Both the position numbers and the translations under genes were made by a program. Below are positions 18,195 to 28,203 of a stretch of 64,000 nucleotides of DNA, piece by piece. The notes beneath the pieces were generated by a model. The model did not search any database, was not told where the DNA came from, and saw only the letters and a program-made list of their open reading frames with translations. The stretch covers positions 1,152,001-1,216,000 of the forward strand of contig CAXXDV010000003.1 of the NCBI GenBank assembly GCA_963674745.2, in the 5' to 3' direction. Source of the stretch: Desulfosudaceae bacterium. GTDB taxonomy: Bacteria; Desulfobacterota; Desulfobacteria; Desulfobacterales; Desulfosudaceae. How positions within the stretch are numbered: position 1 is the first letter of the stretch; each line of letters opens with the position of its first letter.

Positions 18195-18715
18195 GTAGGG
18201 GCAGGCCCCCGTGCCCGCCCTGATGAAGGGCAACCACAGGGGGTTGCCCCTACGGACCGGGGTATGCGTTCATGGATAATGTAGGGGCAGGCCCCCGTGC
18301 CTGCCCTGATGAAGGGCAACCACAGGGGGTTGCCCCTACGGACCGGGGTATGCGTTCATGGATAATGTAGGGGCAGGCCCCCGTGCCTGCCCTGATGAAG
18401 GGCAACCACAGGGGGTTGCCCCTACGGACCGGGGTATGCGTTCATGGATGTTGTAGGGGCAGGCCCCCGTGCCTGCCCGGTGAAGGGCAACCACAGGGGG
18501 TTGCCCCTACGGGCCGGGGTATGCGTTCATGGATAATGTAGGGGCAGGCCCCCGTGCCTGCCCTGATGAAGGGCAACCACAGGGGGTTGCCCCTACGGAC
18601 CGGGGTATGCGTTCGTGGGATGTTGTAGGGGCAGGCCCCCGATTTGTTCACAACCGGGCACGGCACGCCGTGCCCCTACGGGCCCTGGGGAAAACGGGCA
18701 ACCACAGGGGGTGTT
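18195..18715. repeat. REP array, ~86-bp period, five full doublets plus partials
   Basis: GTAGGGGCAGG at 18195, 18281, 18367, 18453, 18538, 18625. Confidence 0.92.
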
Positions 18716-18815
18716 CATTCTCTCCTCTTGCGCCAGAGAATCAGCGGGCGTAAACTGGTAATTTGGAAAACGTAAGAAAACATCACCGGGTATTTGCCTG
18801 AAAGGAAGTCGGGGT

Positions 18816-21746
18816 ATGACACAGAGGAAAAAGAGAATACTGAAGACAGCCGGGGTTTGCCTGGTTGTATATTTTATAGCCGTCTTTTTTGTGGTTTCAG
18901 CGGTGGTCACGCGCATGGCACCGGGAAAGCTGGAAGCCTTTCTGGGCCGGCCCGTGGCCGTGGACAAGATCCGGGTCAATCCCCTGACGTTGTCGGTGAC
19001 GGTGAGGGGGCTGGTGATCATGGACAAAAACAAAACCGACCCGTTTGTGCGTTTTGACCGGCTTTATGTGAACGCGGAAGTCTGGTCTTTGGCCCGAAGG
19101 GGGCTGGTGTTAAAAAAGCTGCTGCTGGAAAATCCGGAGATTCATGTGGCGCGTCTGTCCGGCACCACCTTTAATTTTTCGGACCTGATTGGCGGCAAGG
19201 GTGAAGAAAAGACCGGAGAGCCGCCGGCGCCTTCGGAGCCGTTCCGTTTTTATCTGGCCGACCTGGCCGTTGTGAACGGTACCGTGATCTACAGTGACGC
19301 GCCTGCGGGAAAGACCCATACGGTGTCGCCGATTAACTGGCACATCCCGTTTATCTCCAATTTTACCCGGCATCATGAGCGGTTTTCTGAACCGAGATTT
19401 TCCTGTACCGTGGACGGGGCGCTTGTGTCCCTGGATGTAAGTACCAGGCCCTTTCACGACACCATGGAAACCTTAGTGAAACTGGGTCTTTCCAACCTTC
19501 AGCTGTCCCGCTATGTCGACTATGTGCCACCGGAACGGGTCGGATTTCTGGTCGACCGGGGCCGCCTGGATGTTACGGCCGAAGTGTCATTTGAAAAATC
19601 GGGGGACAGGCCGGTGGTCAGTGCCCGGGGGAGGGCGGTGATGGACGACCTGAACATCACCGATAAGGCCGGAACGGACATTTTTACGCTGCCCCGGCTG
19701 GAGGTGGACCTGTTGCCCTCGGTGGTCACGGACAAGCAGGTGCACATCGGGGCCGTGAAGGTTACATCCCCGGTGCTGGCGGTCGTGCGGCAGGCCGACG
19801 GCGCCTTGAACCTGGCCAACCTGGTAACCGGCGGCAAGACTCCGGCCGAAGATGCTGACGGGGTTGATGAGCCGGAAGCGGATTCGGGCAACGGGTTTGT
19901 GGTGGATGTGGACCGATTTTCCCTGGACGGTGCCGCGGTGCGGTTTACCGATTTTAACGTAACCGGGCCGGAAGACGGGCCCGTGGAGAACACGGTCGAC
20001 AACCTGAACGTGACGGTGGCGCCTTTTACCACGGCCCCGGAAAAGGAATCGCGGTTTGACGTGAGCGCGGCCGTCAACAACCGGGCGCCCCTGAACGTAA
20101 AAGGGAGGATGGTCGTAACGCCGTTGGCCGTTGAGAGCGACTTCAGCCTTTCCGATGTGGACCTTGATTGGGGACAGCCCTATCTGCCGGAAAACGTCAA
20201 GCTGGTGATCAACCGGGGGCAGGCGGCCGCGTCCGGGCATCTCTCGCTTGGCACGACCGAAACCGGTCAGATAGCGGCCACGGTTACCGCTGCTGCCGAA
20301 GTGCGGGATTTTGACGCGGCCGGTCCGGAAAAGGACGAACCGTTTCTTCAGTGGAAGGATTTTACGGTTGACGGCGTCAAGGTCTCCCTCGAACCCCTGG
20401 ATGTGAGCGTGGACACGATCGCTTTTAAAGGCATCCGGCAGCAGGTAATGGTGTTTGAAGACGGCGCTACCAACATCGCCCGGATATTTGTCAAGGATGA
20501 AACGCCGGAGCCGGCCCCGACAGAGGAGAAAACCGAAACTTCCGATGCGCCAACAGCGGTGACGCCCGTTCGTATCGGACAATTTCTGATGGACAACACC
20601 GAGCTTCGGTTCACGGACCGGAGCCTGACGCCTTACTATGATACCCGTCTTGCCCTGGCCGACCTGAAGGTGACGGGCCTGACCTCGGAAGACTTCAAGG
20701 CCGCCGAAGTCACGGCCAACGGCACCATCAACGGGTACGCGCCGGTAACGGTTAGCGGTACCATCAATCCCCTGGCCGGCGACCTGTTTGTAGACCTGGG
20801 CGTGAAGGTAGACAACATGGAGATGGCGCCTTTCTCACCCTATACGGGTAAATACGTGGGCCAGGCCATTGAAAAGGGCAAGCTGAACCTGGACCTTGCC
20901 TACAACATCGAGCAGAAGACCCTGAAGGCCGACCATCACATTGTGATGGACCAGTTTACCCTGGGCAAAACCGTAGACAGCCCGGATGCCATGAACCTGC
21001 CCGTGGGCCTGGCCGTGGCCCTGCTCAAGGACCGCAAGGGTGTGATCGACGTGAACCTGCCGGTGTCGGGCCGAATCGACGATCCCGCATTCAAAGTGAC
21101 GCGGATCGTGTTCAAGGCCCTGGGCAACCTGATCATGAAAGCGGCCACTTCGCCCTTCTCGCTGGTGAGCGCGCTGGTGGGCGGCGGCGAGGAAATGCGG
21201 TATATCGCATTTGAACCCGGCCGGTCAAGACCGGGTGAAACCGGTACCGCCAAGCTGGACGGGGTACGAAAACTGATGGTCGAGCGCCCGGCCCTGAAAC
21301 TGGAGATTACCGGATATGCGGATGCCGAAGCCGATCGCCGTGGCCTGGCCGCCGTTGCCCTGGAACGCCGGATCAAGGCCCCGTTCCTGGCAGCGCTCGA
21401 GAAAAAGGGCGAGGCCGGAGATTCGGTGACCCTGGACTCGGTGACGCTGTCACCGGAAGAATACAAACAGGCCCTGGTCAAGCTTTATAAAAACGAAATA
21501 GGGAAAAAGCCGGTTGAGGGCGGGGTAGAAGAGATGGAAGCGGCCCTGGTGACGCGTCTGGCCGCTGATGTCACCGATGCCGACCTGGGCCAGCTGGCCA
21601 AAGAACGGGCCGAAGCGGTTAAAGATTATCTGCTGGCCGGGGGCACCCTTACCGGGGAGCGGGTTTTCCTCAAGGCCCCGGACAACCTGTTTAAGGCGGC
21701 TGAAGGGGGCTTTGCGAACAGTCGCGTGGAGCTGGGGGTGAAATAG
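18816..21746 (+). CDS. DUF748 domain (AsmA-like) protein with C-terminal OmpA-like region
   Basis: N-terminal TM anchor, INPLTLSVTV, FSPYTGKYVG..IEKGKL, LPVGLAVALLKDRKGVIDVNLPVSG..DDP, RVEL. Confidence 0.85.
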   Translation: MTQRKKRILKTAGVCLVVYFIAVFFVVSAVVTRMAPGKLEAFLGRPVAVDKIRVNPLTLSVTVRGLVIMDKNKTDPFVRFDRLYVNAEVWSLARRGLVLKKLLLENPEIHVARLSGTTFNFSDLIGGKGEEKTGEPPAPSEPFRFYLADLAVVNGTVIYSDAPAGKTHTVSPINWHIPFISNFTRHHERFSEPRFSCTVDGALVSLDVSTRPFHDTMETLVKLGLSNLQLSRYVDYVPPERVGFLVDRGRLDVTAEVSFEKSGDRPVVSARGRAVMDDLNITDKAGTDIFTLPRLEVDLLPSVVTDKQVHIGAVKVTSPVLAVVRQADGALNLANLVTGGKTPAEDADGVDEPEADSGNGFVVDVDRFSLDGAAVRFTDFNVTGPEDGPVENTVDNLNVTVAPFTTAPEKESRFDVSAAVNNRAPLNVKGRMVVTPLAVESDFSLSDVDLDWGQPYLPENVKLVINRGQAAASGHLSLGTTETGQIAATVTAAAEVRDFDAAGPEKDEPFLQWKDFTVDGVKVSLEPLDVSVDTIAFKGIRQQVMVFEDGATNIARIFVKDETPEPAPTEEKTETSDAPTAVTPVRIGQFLMDNTELRFTDRSLTPYYDTRLALADLKVTGLTSEDFKAAEVTANGTINGYAPVTVSGTINPLAGDLFVDLGVKVDNMEMAPFSPYTGKYVGQAIEKGKLNLDLAYNIEQKTLKADHHIVMDQFTLGKTVDSPDAMNLPVGLAVALLKDRKGVIDVNLPVSGRIDDPAFKVTRIVFKALGNLIMKAATSPFSLVSALVGGGEEMRYIAFEPGRSRPGETGTAKLDGVRKLMVERPALKLEITGYADAEADRRGLAAVALERRIKAPFLAALEKKGEAGDSVTLDSVTLSPEEYKQALVKLYKNEIGKKPVEGGVEEMEAALVTRLAADVTDADLGQLAKERAEAVKDYLLAGGTLTGERVFLKAPDNLFKAAEGGFANSRVELGVK

Positions 21747-21756
21747 GTTAAAAAAG

Positions 21757-21858
21757 AGTTTTAGGGTTTTAAAGTTTCAGAGTGTTAGGGTTCAGGGTTC
21801 AGGGTTCAGGGTTCAGGGTTCAAGGTTCGGGGTAGGGGTAGGGGTAGGGGTAGGGGCA
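21757..21858 (+). repeat. Telomere-like G-rich microsatellite (TTTTAGGG, TTCAGGG x4-5, GTAGGG x4-5) merging into a REP
   Basis: Read directly after the DUF748 stop codon. Confidence 0.85.
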
Positions 21859-22165
21859 CGGCGTGCCGTGCCCTTTTGTCAAGGTTCGGGAATATTCGCA
21901 AATGTGGTGGATTTCGTAGGGGCGACCGGCCGGTCGCCCTTTTACACGGGGTGTTGTAGGGGCAGGCCCCGGGCACGGCCCGCCGTGCCCCTACAGACCG
22001 GGGTAGAGGTGTTCATGGGGTGTTGTAGGGGCAGGCCCCCGTGCCTGCCCTGTTGAAGGGCAACCACAGGGGGTTGCCCCTACGGGCCGTAGGCAGAATG
22101 TCCAACCGCCGGTTGTCCCTACAGGTGTTCGCAATCGGGCACGGCCCGCCGTGCCCTTACGGGCC
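21850..22165. repeat. Mixed REP cluster
   Basis: GTAGGGGCACGGCGTGCCGTGCCC, GTAGGGGCGACCGGCCGGTCGCCC and A+B doublets. Confidence 0.85.
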
Positions 22166-22310
22166 GATATCAGTTCCCCTAAAATTGATGAATCAGGAAA
22201 AATAATTTATAATCAATAAATTATATAAAATATGATGCAGGCAAAAAGGCAATGAAGTTTCTCATTGCCAATAAAGCTTTTCAGGCCGTCAATTTGGGGA
22301 GGAATTTTTC

Positions 22311-24467
22311 ATGTCAGACAAGAAAGACGCAACCAGACCATTATCTGTTGTTAACATTATCAACGCCGGCACCAACACTGTTGTGATCATGACGCTATTT
22401 TTGCTTTTCGTGAGCACGGTTGCCCGGGCCGACTCTACCGCCTATGGCACAGGCAGTTCCGCCACCGGAACAGACAGTTCCTCTTATGGTTTTAACAGCA
22501 CCGCCACCGGGGACCACAGCAACGCCAGCGGCTCTGAGAGCATCGCCAGCGGTGTAGAAAGCACCGCCTATGGTAGCTTTAGTGCTGCCATCAACACCTG
22601 GAGCACCGCCAATGGTTACAACAGCACCGCCAGCGGTTACAGGAGCACCGCCATCGGTTCCTCGAGCACCGCCAGCGGGTCTTCTTCCGTGGCCCTGGGC
22701 TCCGGCTCCCTCGACGGCGGACAGAACAACGTCGTATCCGTGGGCACGGTCGGCGGTGAACGCCGGATCATCAATGTCGCAACCGGCACCGGCGGCACCG
22801 ACGCGGTCAACCTCAACCAGCTCAATACCACCGCGGCCAACACTCTTGCTTCGGCCAATACGTATGCAGACACCGTCGCGGCCAACACCCTGACCTCGGC
22901 CAATGCCTATACGGACGCCCGCATCGACATCAACAATACCAGTGTTTACGCCGACCCTTCGGCAACCGGTAATGATTCCGTTGCCGTTGGCCCGGGGGCG
23001 ATGGCCAGCGGCTTATTGAGCACGGCTACGGGTGCTTCGAGTCTGGCCGTGGCCGCCGGTACTACCGCCAGTGGGGCGGGCAGTATGGCTTCGGGAGAGA
23101 CCAGTACGGCCTTCGGGGCGATCAGCCAGGCCGTTGGCCAGGGCAGTTCGGCCATCGGCTTTAACAGCGCAGCCATTGGTGACGACAGTACCGCAACGGG
23201 CTTGATCAGTCGTGCCATCGGCAACGCCAGCAGCGCTTACGGCGAAGACAGTCAGGCCAACGGTAATTTCAGTACGGCCGTGGGGGGAAGCAACAGGGCC
23301 AACGGTATCGGCAGTTCCGTCTTCGGGTTTGGCGGCGATGCCGCCGGTGACTACAGCACCGCCCTGGGTTTCAGCACCAGCAGTACCGGCTTGTACTCGG
23401 TGGCCCTGGGTTACGGTTCCGACGACGGCGGGCGGGACAATGTGGTATCCGTTGGATCACTCGGTAATGAACGACGGATCGTCAATGTTACGGCCGGGGT
23501 TGATAACACGGATGCGGTCAATGTCGGCCAGATGAACACCAGCGCGGCCGGTACGCTGGCCTCGGCCAATACCTATACGGACTCGGTTGCCTTTACTTCT
23601 GCGTCAGCAGCTTATTCATACACGGACACGGTCGCGGCCCGGACCCTGACCTCGGCCAATACTTACACGGATACTGTGGGTGCAAATACCCTGGCTTCGG
23701 CCAACGGATACACTGACGATCGTATCGGTGACTTTGTCGATGCCGACAACAGCGGCGGTTATGCCGATCCTCTGGCTACCGGCAGTAACTCCCTGGCCGT
23801 GGGACCGGGTGCGTTGGCTTCGGCGTCCAGCGCCATGGCGGTAGGTGTCAATGCCCGGGCCACGGGCACCAACGCTATTGCCATCGGCACCGGTTCGCAG
23901 GCGACCGGGTCAGTGGCTTTGGGCACCGACGCATCTGCAGCCAACGGCGGTGCGGCCGTGGGTGATTTTTCAACGGCCACAGGAACCGCAAGCGCGGCCC
24001 TGGGTCAGAACGCCGTTGCCACCGGAACCGATTCCGTGGCCATCGGGTCGGATTCCACGGACGACGGGCTTGAGCGGGTGGTCTCGGTGGGGGCCGAAGG
24101 AGCAGAAAGAAGGATCACCCACGTGGCCACGGGCCTGGGTCCCAATGACGCGGTCAACGTTTACCAGGCCCAGGGGCTAGCCGCCGGCGCTCTTTCGTCG
24201 GCCAATGCTTACACCGACGACAAGATCAATGACCTGGACCAGAAAGCCCAGCGGAGCATTGCCGGCGCCATCGCCCTGTCCCGGGCGGTGCTTTCCCTGG
24301 CGCCCGGTGAGTCGGGCGTGGCCATGGGGTTCGGCACATCCCACGGCAAGAGCGCGGTGGCTGTTTCCTTTCAGCACCACACCACAAACAACATCCAACT
24401 CAATCTCGGCACCAGTGTGGCCGGCGGCCATATCCAGGCCGGAGGCGGAATCGGATTGAAGTTTTAG
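22311..24467 (+). CDS. YadA-like trimeric autotransporter adhesin
   Basis: Signal peptide (VARA-D), 14-aa head repeats (STAxG..S.A.G), three neck motifs (VVSVG...ERRI.NV..G...DAVN), C-terminal anchor ending GIGLKF. Confidence 0.9.
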   Translation: MSDKKDATRPLSVVNIINAGTNTVVIMTLFLLFVSTVARADSTAYGTGSSATGTDSSSYGFNSTATGDHSNASGSESIASGVESTAYGSFSAAINTWSTANGYNSTASGYRSTAIGSSSTASGSSSVALGSGSLDGGQNNVVSVGTVGGERRIINVATGTGGTDAVNLNQLNTTAANTLASANTYADTVAANTLTSANAYTDARIDINNTSVYADPSATGNDSVAVGPGAMASGLLSTATGASSLAVAAGTTASGAGSMASGETSTAFGAISQAVGQGSSAIGFNSAAIGDDSTATGLISRAIGNASSAYGEDSQANGNFSTAVGGSNRANGIGSSVFGFGGDAAGDYSTALGFSTSSTGLYSVALGYGSDDGGRDNVVSVGSLGNERRIVNVTAGVDNTDAVNVGQMNTSAAGTLASANTYTDSVAFTSASAAYSYTDTVAARTLTSANTYTDTVGANTLASANGYTDDRIGDFVDADNSGGYADPLATGSNSLAVGPGALASASSAMAVGVNARATGTNAIAIGTGSQATGSVALGTDASAANGGAAVGDFSTATGTASAALGQNAVATGTDSVAIGSDSTDDGLERVVSVGAEGAERRITHVATGLGPNDAVNVYQAQGLAAGALSSANAYTDDKINDLDQKAQRSIAGAIALSRAVLSLAPGESGVAMGFGTSHGKSAVAVSFQHHTTNNIQLNLGTSVAGGHIQAGGGIGLKF

Positions 24468-24495
24468 GGTTTAGGTTCAGGGTTCGGGGTTTGAG

Positions 24496-24975
24496 GTAGG
24501 GGCACGGCGTGCCGTGCCCCTACGGGCCGTGGTAGAGGTGTTCATGGGGTATTGTAGGGGCAGGCCCCCGTGCCTGCCCTGGTGAAGGGCAACCACGGGG
24601 GGTTGCCCCTACGGGCCGTGGGTATGCGTCTATGAAATTGAGGTATGCGTTCATTAATGTTGTAGGGGCAGGCCCCTGTGCCTGCCCTTGTGAAGGGCAA
24701 CCACAGGGGGTTGCCCCTACGGGCCGTGGGTATGCGTCTATGAAATCGAGGTATGCGTTCATTAATGTTGTAGGGGCAGGCCCCTGTGCCTGCCCTTGTG
24801 AAGGGCAACCACAGGGGGTTGCCCCTACGGGCCGTGGGTATGCGTCTATGAAATCGAGGTATGCGTTCATTAATGTTGTAGGGGCAGGCCCCCGTGCCTG
24901 CCCTTGTGATGGGCAACCACAGGGGGTTGCCCCTACAGACCGGGGAGGGAGTTCATGAACAATGTAGGGGCCGGC
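24496..24975. repeat. REP array, 108-bp period x4
   Basis: GTAGGGGCAGG at 24554, 24662, 24770, 24878. Confidence 0.92.
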
Positions 24976-24977
24976 AC

Positions 24978-25559
24978 CTAATAATCGGTAAGCTTTTCGA
25001 TGGCGGTGTCGATAAACCTGAGCAGGGTGCCTTTTACGCCGGGGATATCGTCGAGGTCGGCGTTTCTGCTGATGACCGGTTTAACGGCGGGTGTAGCGGG
25101 TTCAAAGGGTTGATTGTCCGTATCATCCGAGCGGGCATCCGGTTGATATTTGGCAAAAACAATGCCGCACTTGATGCAGGAATCGGATTTGGGCTGGCGT
25201 GTTCCGCATTTGGGGCAGGTGGTCTGGTTGCCGGCGGCCCGGGCTGTTTTGATCTCTTTCCATTCCATGTTGTCCAGCCAGAAACCGTTGCAGGTTTTGC
25301 AGGCATCGACCATGGTCATTGTGCCCGGGTAGACGAACTCGTACAGGCCTGTCCGGCAGCGGGGGCATTGGATATCTTCGACCAGGCGGGCGGAAGCGGG
25401 GACGGCCAGGTTTTTTTCCGCGCGCGGGCCCAGTATGCCCTGTAATTCCTTATCGTCAAACCAGATGCCCTTGCAGGTCGGGCAGCGGTCAAGCTCGATG
25501 TTTTTTGATTTTTCAACAGTCGTTTTCAAGGATATGTCTTTACATTTGGGGCATTGCAT
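24978..25559 (-). CDS. Multi-zinc-ribbon protein (two zf-TFIIB-like domains plus a third CxxC pair)
   Basis: MQCPKC...LDRCPTCKGIWFD..EL, CPRC...DACKTCNGFWLD, CPKC...CIKC; TAATG coupling to the upstream TPM gene. Confidence 0.8.
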   Translation of the reverse strand: MQCPKCKDISLKTTVEKSKNIELDRCPTCKGIWFDDKELQGILGPRAEKNLAVPASARLVEDIQCPRCRTGLYEFVYPGTMTMVDACKTCNGFWLDNMEWKEIKTARAAGNQTTCPKCGTRQPKSDSCIKCGIVFAKYQPDARSDDTDNQPFEPATPAVKPVISRNADLDDIPGVKGTLLRFIDTAIEKLTDY

Positions 25560-26350
25560 TACCAACCTCCCGTGGCGCCGCCGCCACCGCTGGAACCGCC
25601 GCCAAAACCGCCCAGTCCGCCGGAACCCCAGCCGCTGCTGGCGCCTTCGGGTAAATGCTTGAGGACCTGCACAAACATGTACAGGGCCGCGAGCAGGAGC
25701 ACGATGGCCAGGCCGATAAAGACATAACCCCAGCCCTTTTTCCCGCTGGCCATAAGGCTTATGCCGATCAGCAAGCAAACGATCGCTGCGACCACCACCC
25801 ATACAATATGCCAGGGAAAGCCGACCCGCATGCCGGCAAATTCTTTCATTATCGCCCGGGTGCCTTCGGTGATGCCGGCGACGTAATCACCATTTTTAAA
25901 TTCGGGAATAATCACTTTATCCATAATCCGTTGGGCGTCACTGTCCCGGGAATAGCCGTAACCGCCGCCAAGCTCGATCCGCGCCTTGCGGTCGTTTCTG
26001 GCGATCAGCAGCAGGATGCCGTCATTGGCCGGCATATTGCCAATACCGTAAGTGTCAAACAGCGCTGTCGCGAATGTTTCAATGGAATGGTTTTCTGTGT
26101 CTGGATAATCTTTTATGGAGTTGAGGATAACCACGATGATTTCGATTCCCGAGCGGGACTCAACCTGCCACAGCCATTTTTCGATCCGCTCTTCTTCATC
26201 ATAGGTTAATAAATCCGCTATATCCGTGACATAACCGGAATCGGGTTCCGGGTAAGGTTCATATTCATTTGCGGCGGCAAAGAGGGGCACGCCGACAAGG
26301 AATAGTGCAAGAACGGCAGCGGCAATGTTATTTTTCAAAAATAATTTCAT
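25559..26350 (-). CDS. TPM (DUF477) domain membrane protein with Gly-rich tail
   Basis: VTDIADLL, GILLLIARNDRKARIELGGG, two TMs, GGFGGGSSGGGGATGGW. Confidence 0.88.
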   Translation of the reverse strand: MKLFLKNNIAAAVLALFLVGVPLFAAANEYEPYPEPDSGYVTDIADLLTYDEEERIEKWLWQVESRSGIEIIVVILNSIKDYPDTENHSIETFATALFDTYGIGNMPANDGILLLIARNDRKARIELGGGYGYSRDSDAQRIMDKVIIPEFKNGDYVAGITEGTRAIMKEFAGMRVGFPWHIVWVVVAAIVCLLIGISLMASGKKGWGYVFIGLAIVLLLAALYMFVQVLKHLPEGASSGWGSGGLGGFGGGSSGGGGATGGW

Positions 26351-26756
26351 TTGAAATCTCATTGGTCTGATTATCTGTGGCGGGGAAAAATTCGATCAGG
26401 CTGTCCGCAATCATATGAATGCCAAGGGCAAGGCCTTGGGCAAAATCCCCCTGTTTAAAATTTTCGATCACCTTATCACGGATCGTCTCCCAGTGAGCGG
26501 TGCCCACTTTCCGGTGAATCCCTTCATCACCGTAAATCAGTATCCGCCGGTCCTTTTCTAAAATCAGCAGCAGCACCGAGTTGCGGTCTTTGGTTTGATC
26601 CAGATTGTACTTGCGAAACAGCCGCATGGCCTTTTTTCGAAAACCGAACCAGGCGCGTTTGGCGATGATGACCTTGAATTCCGCGGAGGTGAGTTTTTCC
26701 GCGGCCTCGATTTTGCGTTCGATTCTGCCGATCTCTTCATCCGTCAGTAGAGCCAT
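26328..26756 (-). CDS. TPM domain protein (short type)
   Basis: IEAAEKLTSAEFKV...TKDRNSVLLLI...IYGDEGIH...NEISNEI. Confidence 0.85.
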   Translation of the reverse strand: MALLTDEEIGRIERKIEAAEKLTSAEFKVIIAKRAWFGFRKKAMRLFRKYNLDQTKDRNSVLLLILEKDRRILIYGDEGIHRKVGTAHWETIRDKVIENFKQGDFAQGLALGIHMIADSLIEFFPATDNQTNEISNEIIFEK

Positions 26757-26904
26757 ATTGTTCCCGAGTTTTTTGGATTTTTTATGTAGATAATTAAATG
26801 TATCGGATGAGCGGGGGGTTGTCAAATTATCCGGTTTTGTCTTGTCTTGACGAATCGTTTCTGGTGTATAACGATATTATGGGTCGTACATGACATAACG
26901 TATT

Positions 26905-27312
26905 GTAGGGGCATGCCCCTGTGCCTGCCCTGATGAAGGGCAACCACGGGGGGTTGCCCCTACGGACCGGGGTATGCGTCTATGGAATATTGTAGGGGCA
27001 GGCCCCTGTGCCTGCCCGCTGATGGGCAACCACGGGGGGTTGCCCCTACGGACCGGGGTATGCGTCTATGAAATAATGCAGGGGCAGGCCCCCGTACCTG
27101 CCCTGGTGAAGGGCAACCACGGGGGGTTGCCCCTACGGACCGGGGTATGCGTCTATGGAATATTGTAGGGGCAGGCCCCTGTGCCTGCCCGCTGATGGGC
27201 AACCACGGGGGGGGGGGTGCCCCTACGGACCGGGGTATGCGTCTATGAAATAATGCAGGGGCAGGCCCCCGTACCTGCCCGGTGAAGGGCTACCACTGGG
27301 GGTTGCCCCTAC
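26905..27312. repeat. REP array upstream of RAYT, five doublets with alternating spacer types
   Basis: Units at ~26905, 26992, 27078, 27165, 27256; units 3 and 5 begin GCAG rather than GTAG. Confidence 0.92.
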
Positions 27313-27386
27313 GGATCAAAAATATAAACGGGGAACCACGAAGGGACCCAATGCAATAAACACAAACACGTCAGGGAGGACGAAAT

Positions 27387-27956
27387 ATGATATTCAATTC
27401 CGAAAATCATCGTCGCCGATCAATTCGTTTAAAAAAATATGATTATTCAAAATCCGGTGCGTATTTTGTCACGGTATGTACGAAAAACCGGAAATGCCTT
27501 TTTGGAAAAATTGTGGACGGTAAAATGGTTTTGAATGTTGCCGGTTTGATGATTCAAATGGTTTGGGACGTAATACCGGGACATTATTGCGGTATAAAAA
27601 TCGATGAATTTGCCATCATGCCAAATCATATTCACGGCATTATCATTATTGTAGGGGCAGGCCCCTGTGCCTGCCCTGATGAAGGGCAACCACAGGGGGT
27701 TGCCCCTACATTATCGTTACCGGATGTTGTTCATCGTTTTAAAACCATAACCACGAAACAATATGTTGATGGAGTTAAACAAAGGGGTTGGACAAGGTTT
27801 TCCGGCAGATTGTGGCAACGTAATTATTATGAACATATTATCCGTGATGAGACTGAATTGAATCTGGCCAGGGAATATATCATAAATAATCCCCGGAAAT
27901 GGGATCTGGATCGGGAAAACCCGGATAATTATTATTGCAGGGACAGAGGCTTGTAA
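27387..27956 (+). mobile_element. rayT: REP-associated tyrosine transposase (RAYT/TnpA-REP, Y1 HUH family) with an in-frame internal REP doublet
   Basis: RRSIRLKKYDYS..GAYFVTVCT, HUH motif MPNHIHGII, LWQRNYYEHIIR, catalytic EYIINNP; GGGAGG RBS; REPs on both sides and at 27651-27709. Confidence 0.92.
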
Positions 27957-27957
27957 T

Positions 27958-28120
27958 GTAGGGGCAGGCCCCCGTGCCTGCCCGGTGAAGGGCAACCACG
28001 GGGGGTTGCCCCTACGGGTCGGGGCAAAACGGGTAACCCGGGCCGGGGAGAGCGTTCATGAACAATGTAGGGGCAGGTTCCTGTGCCTGCCCGGTGAAGG
28101 GCGACCAGGTGAGGTTGCCC
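27958..28120. repeat. REP cluster downstream of RAYT
   Basis: A+B doublet begins 2 bp after the stop codon. Confidence 0.88.
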
Positions 28121-28203
28121 TTTTTTTGTGGTGAAAGGCATTGATTGAAAAAGAAGACCCGTCGGTGATAGAATACGCCAAACAATATCACCGGAGGGTT
28201 TTT

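Noticed and set aside
27207..27218. Long G run in a REP, and the G run near 15129, as contingency loci
   Set aside because: Non-coding and within repeats; probably slippage or homopolymer sequencing noise
27387..27956. Classical IS200/IS605 element with tnpB
   Set aside because: No tnpB and no distinct IS ends; the flanks are multi-copy REPs, which fits RAYT
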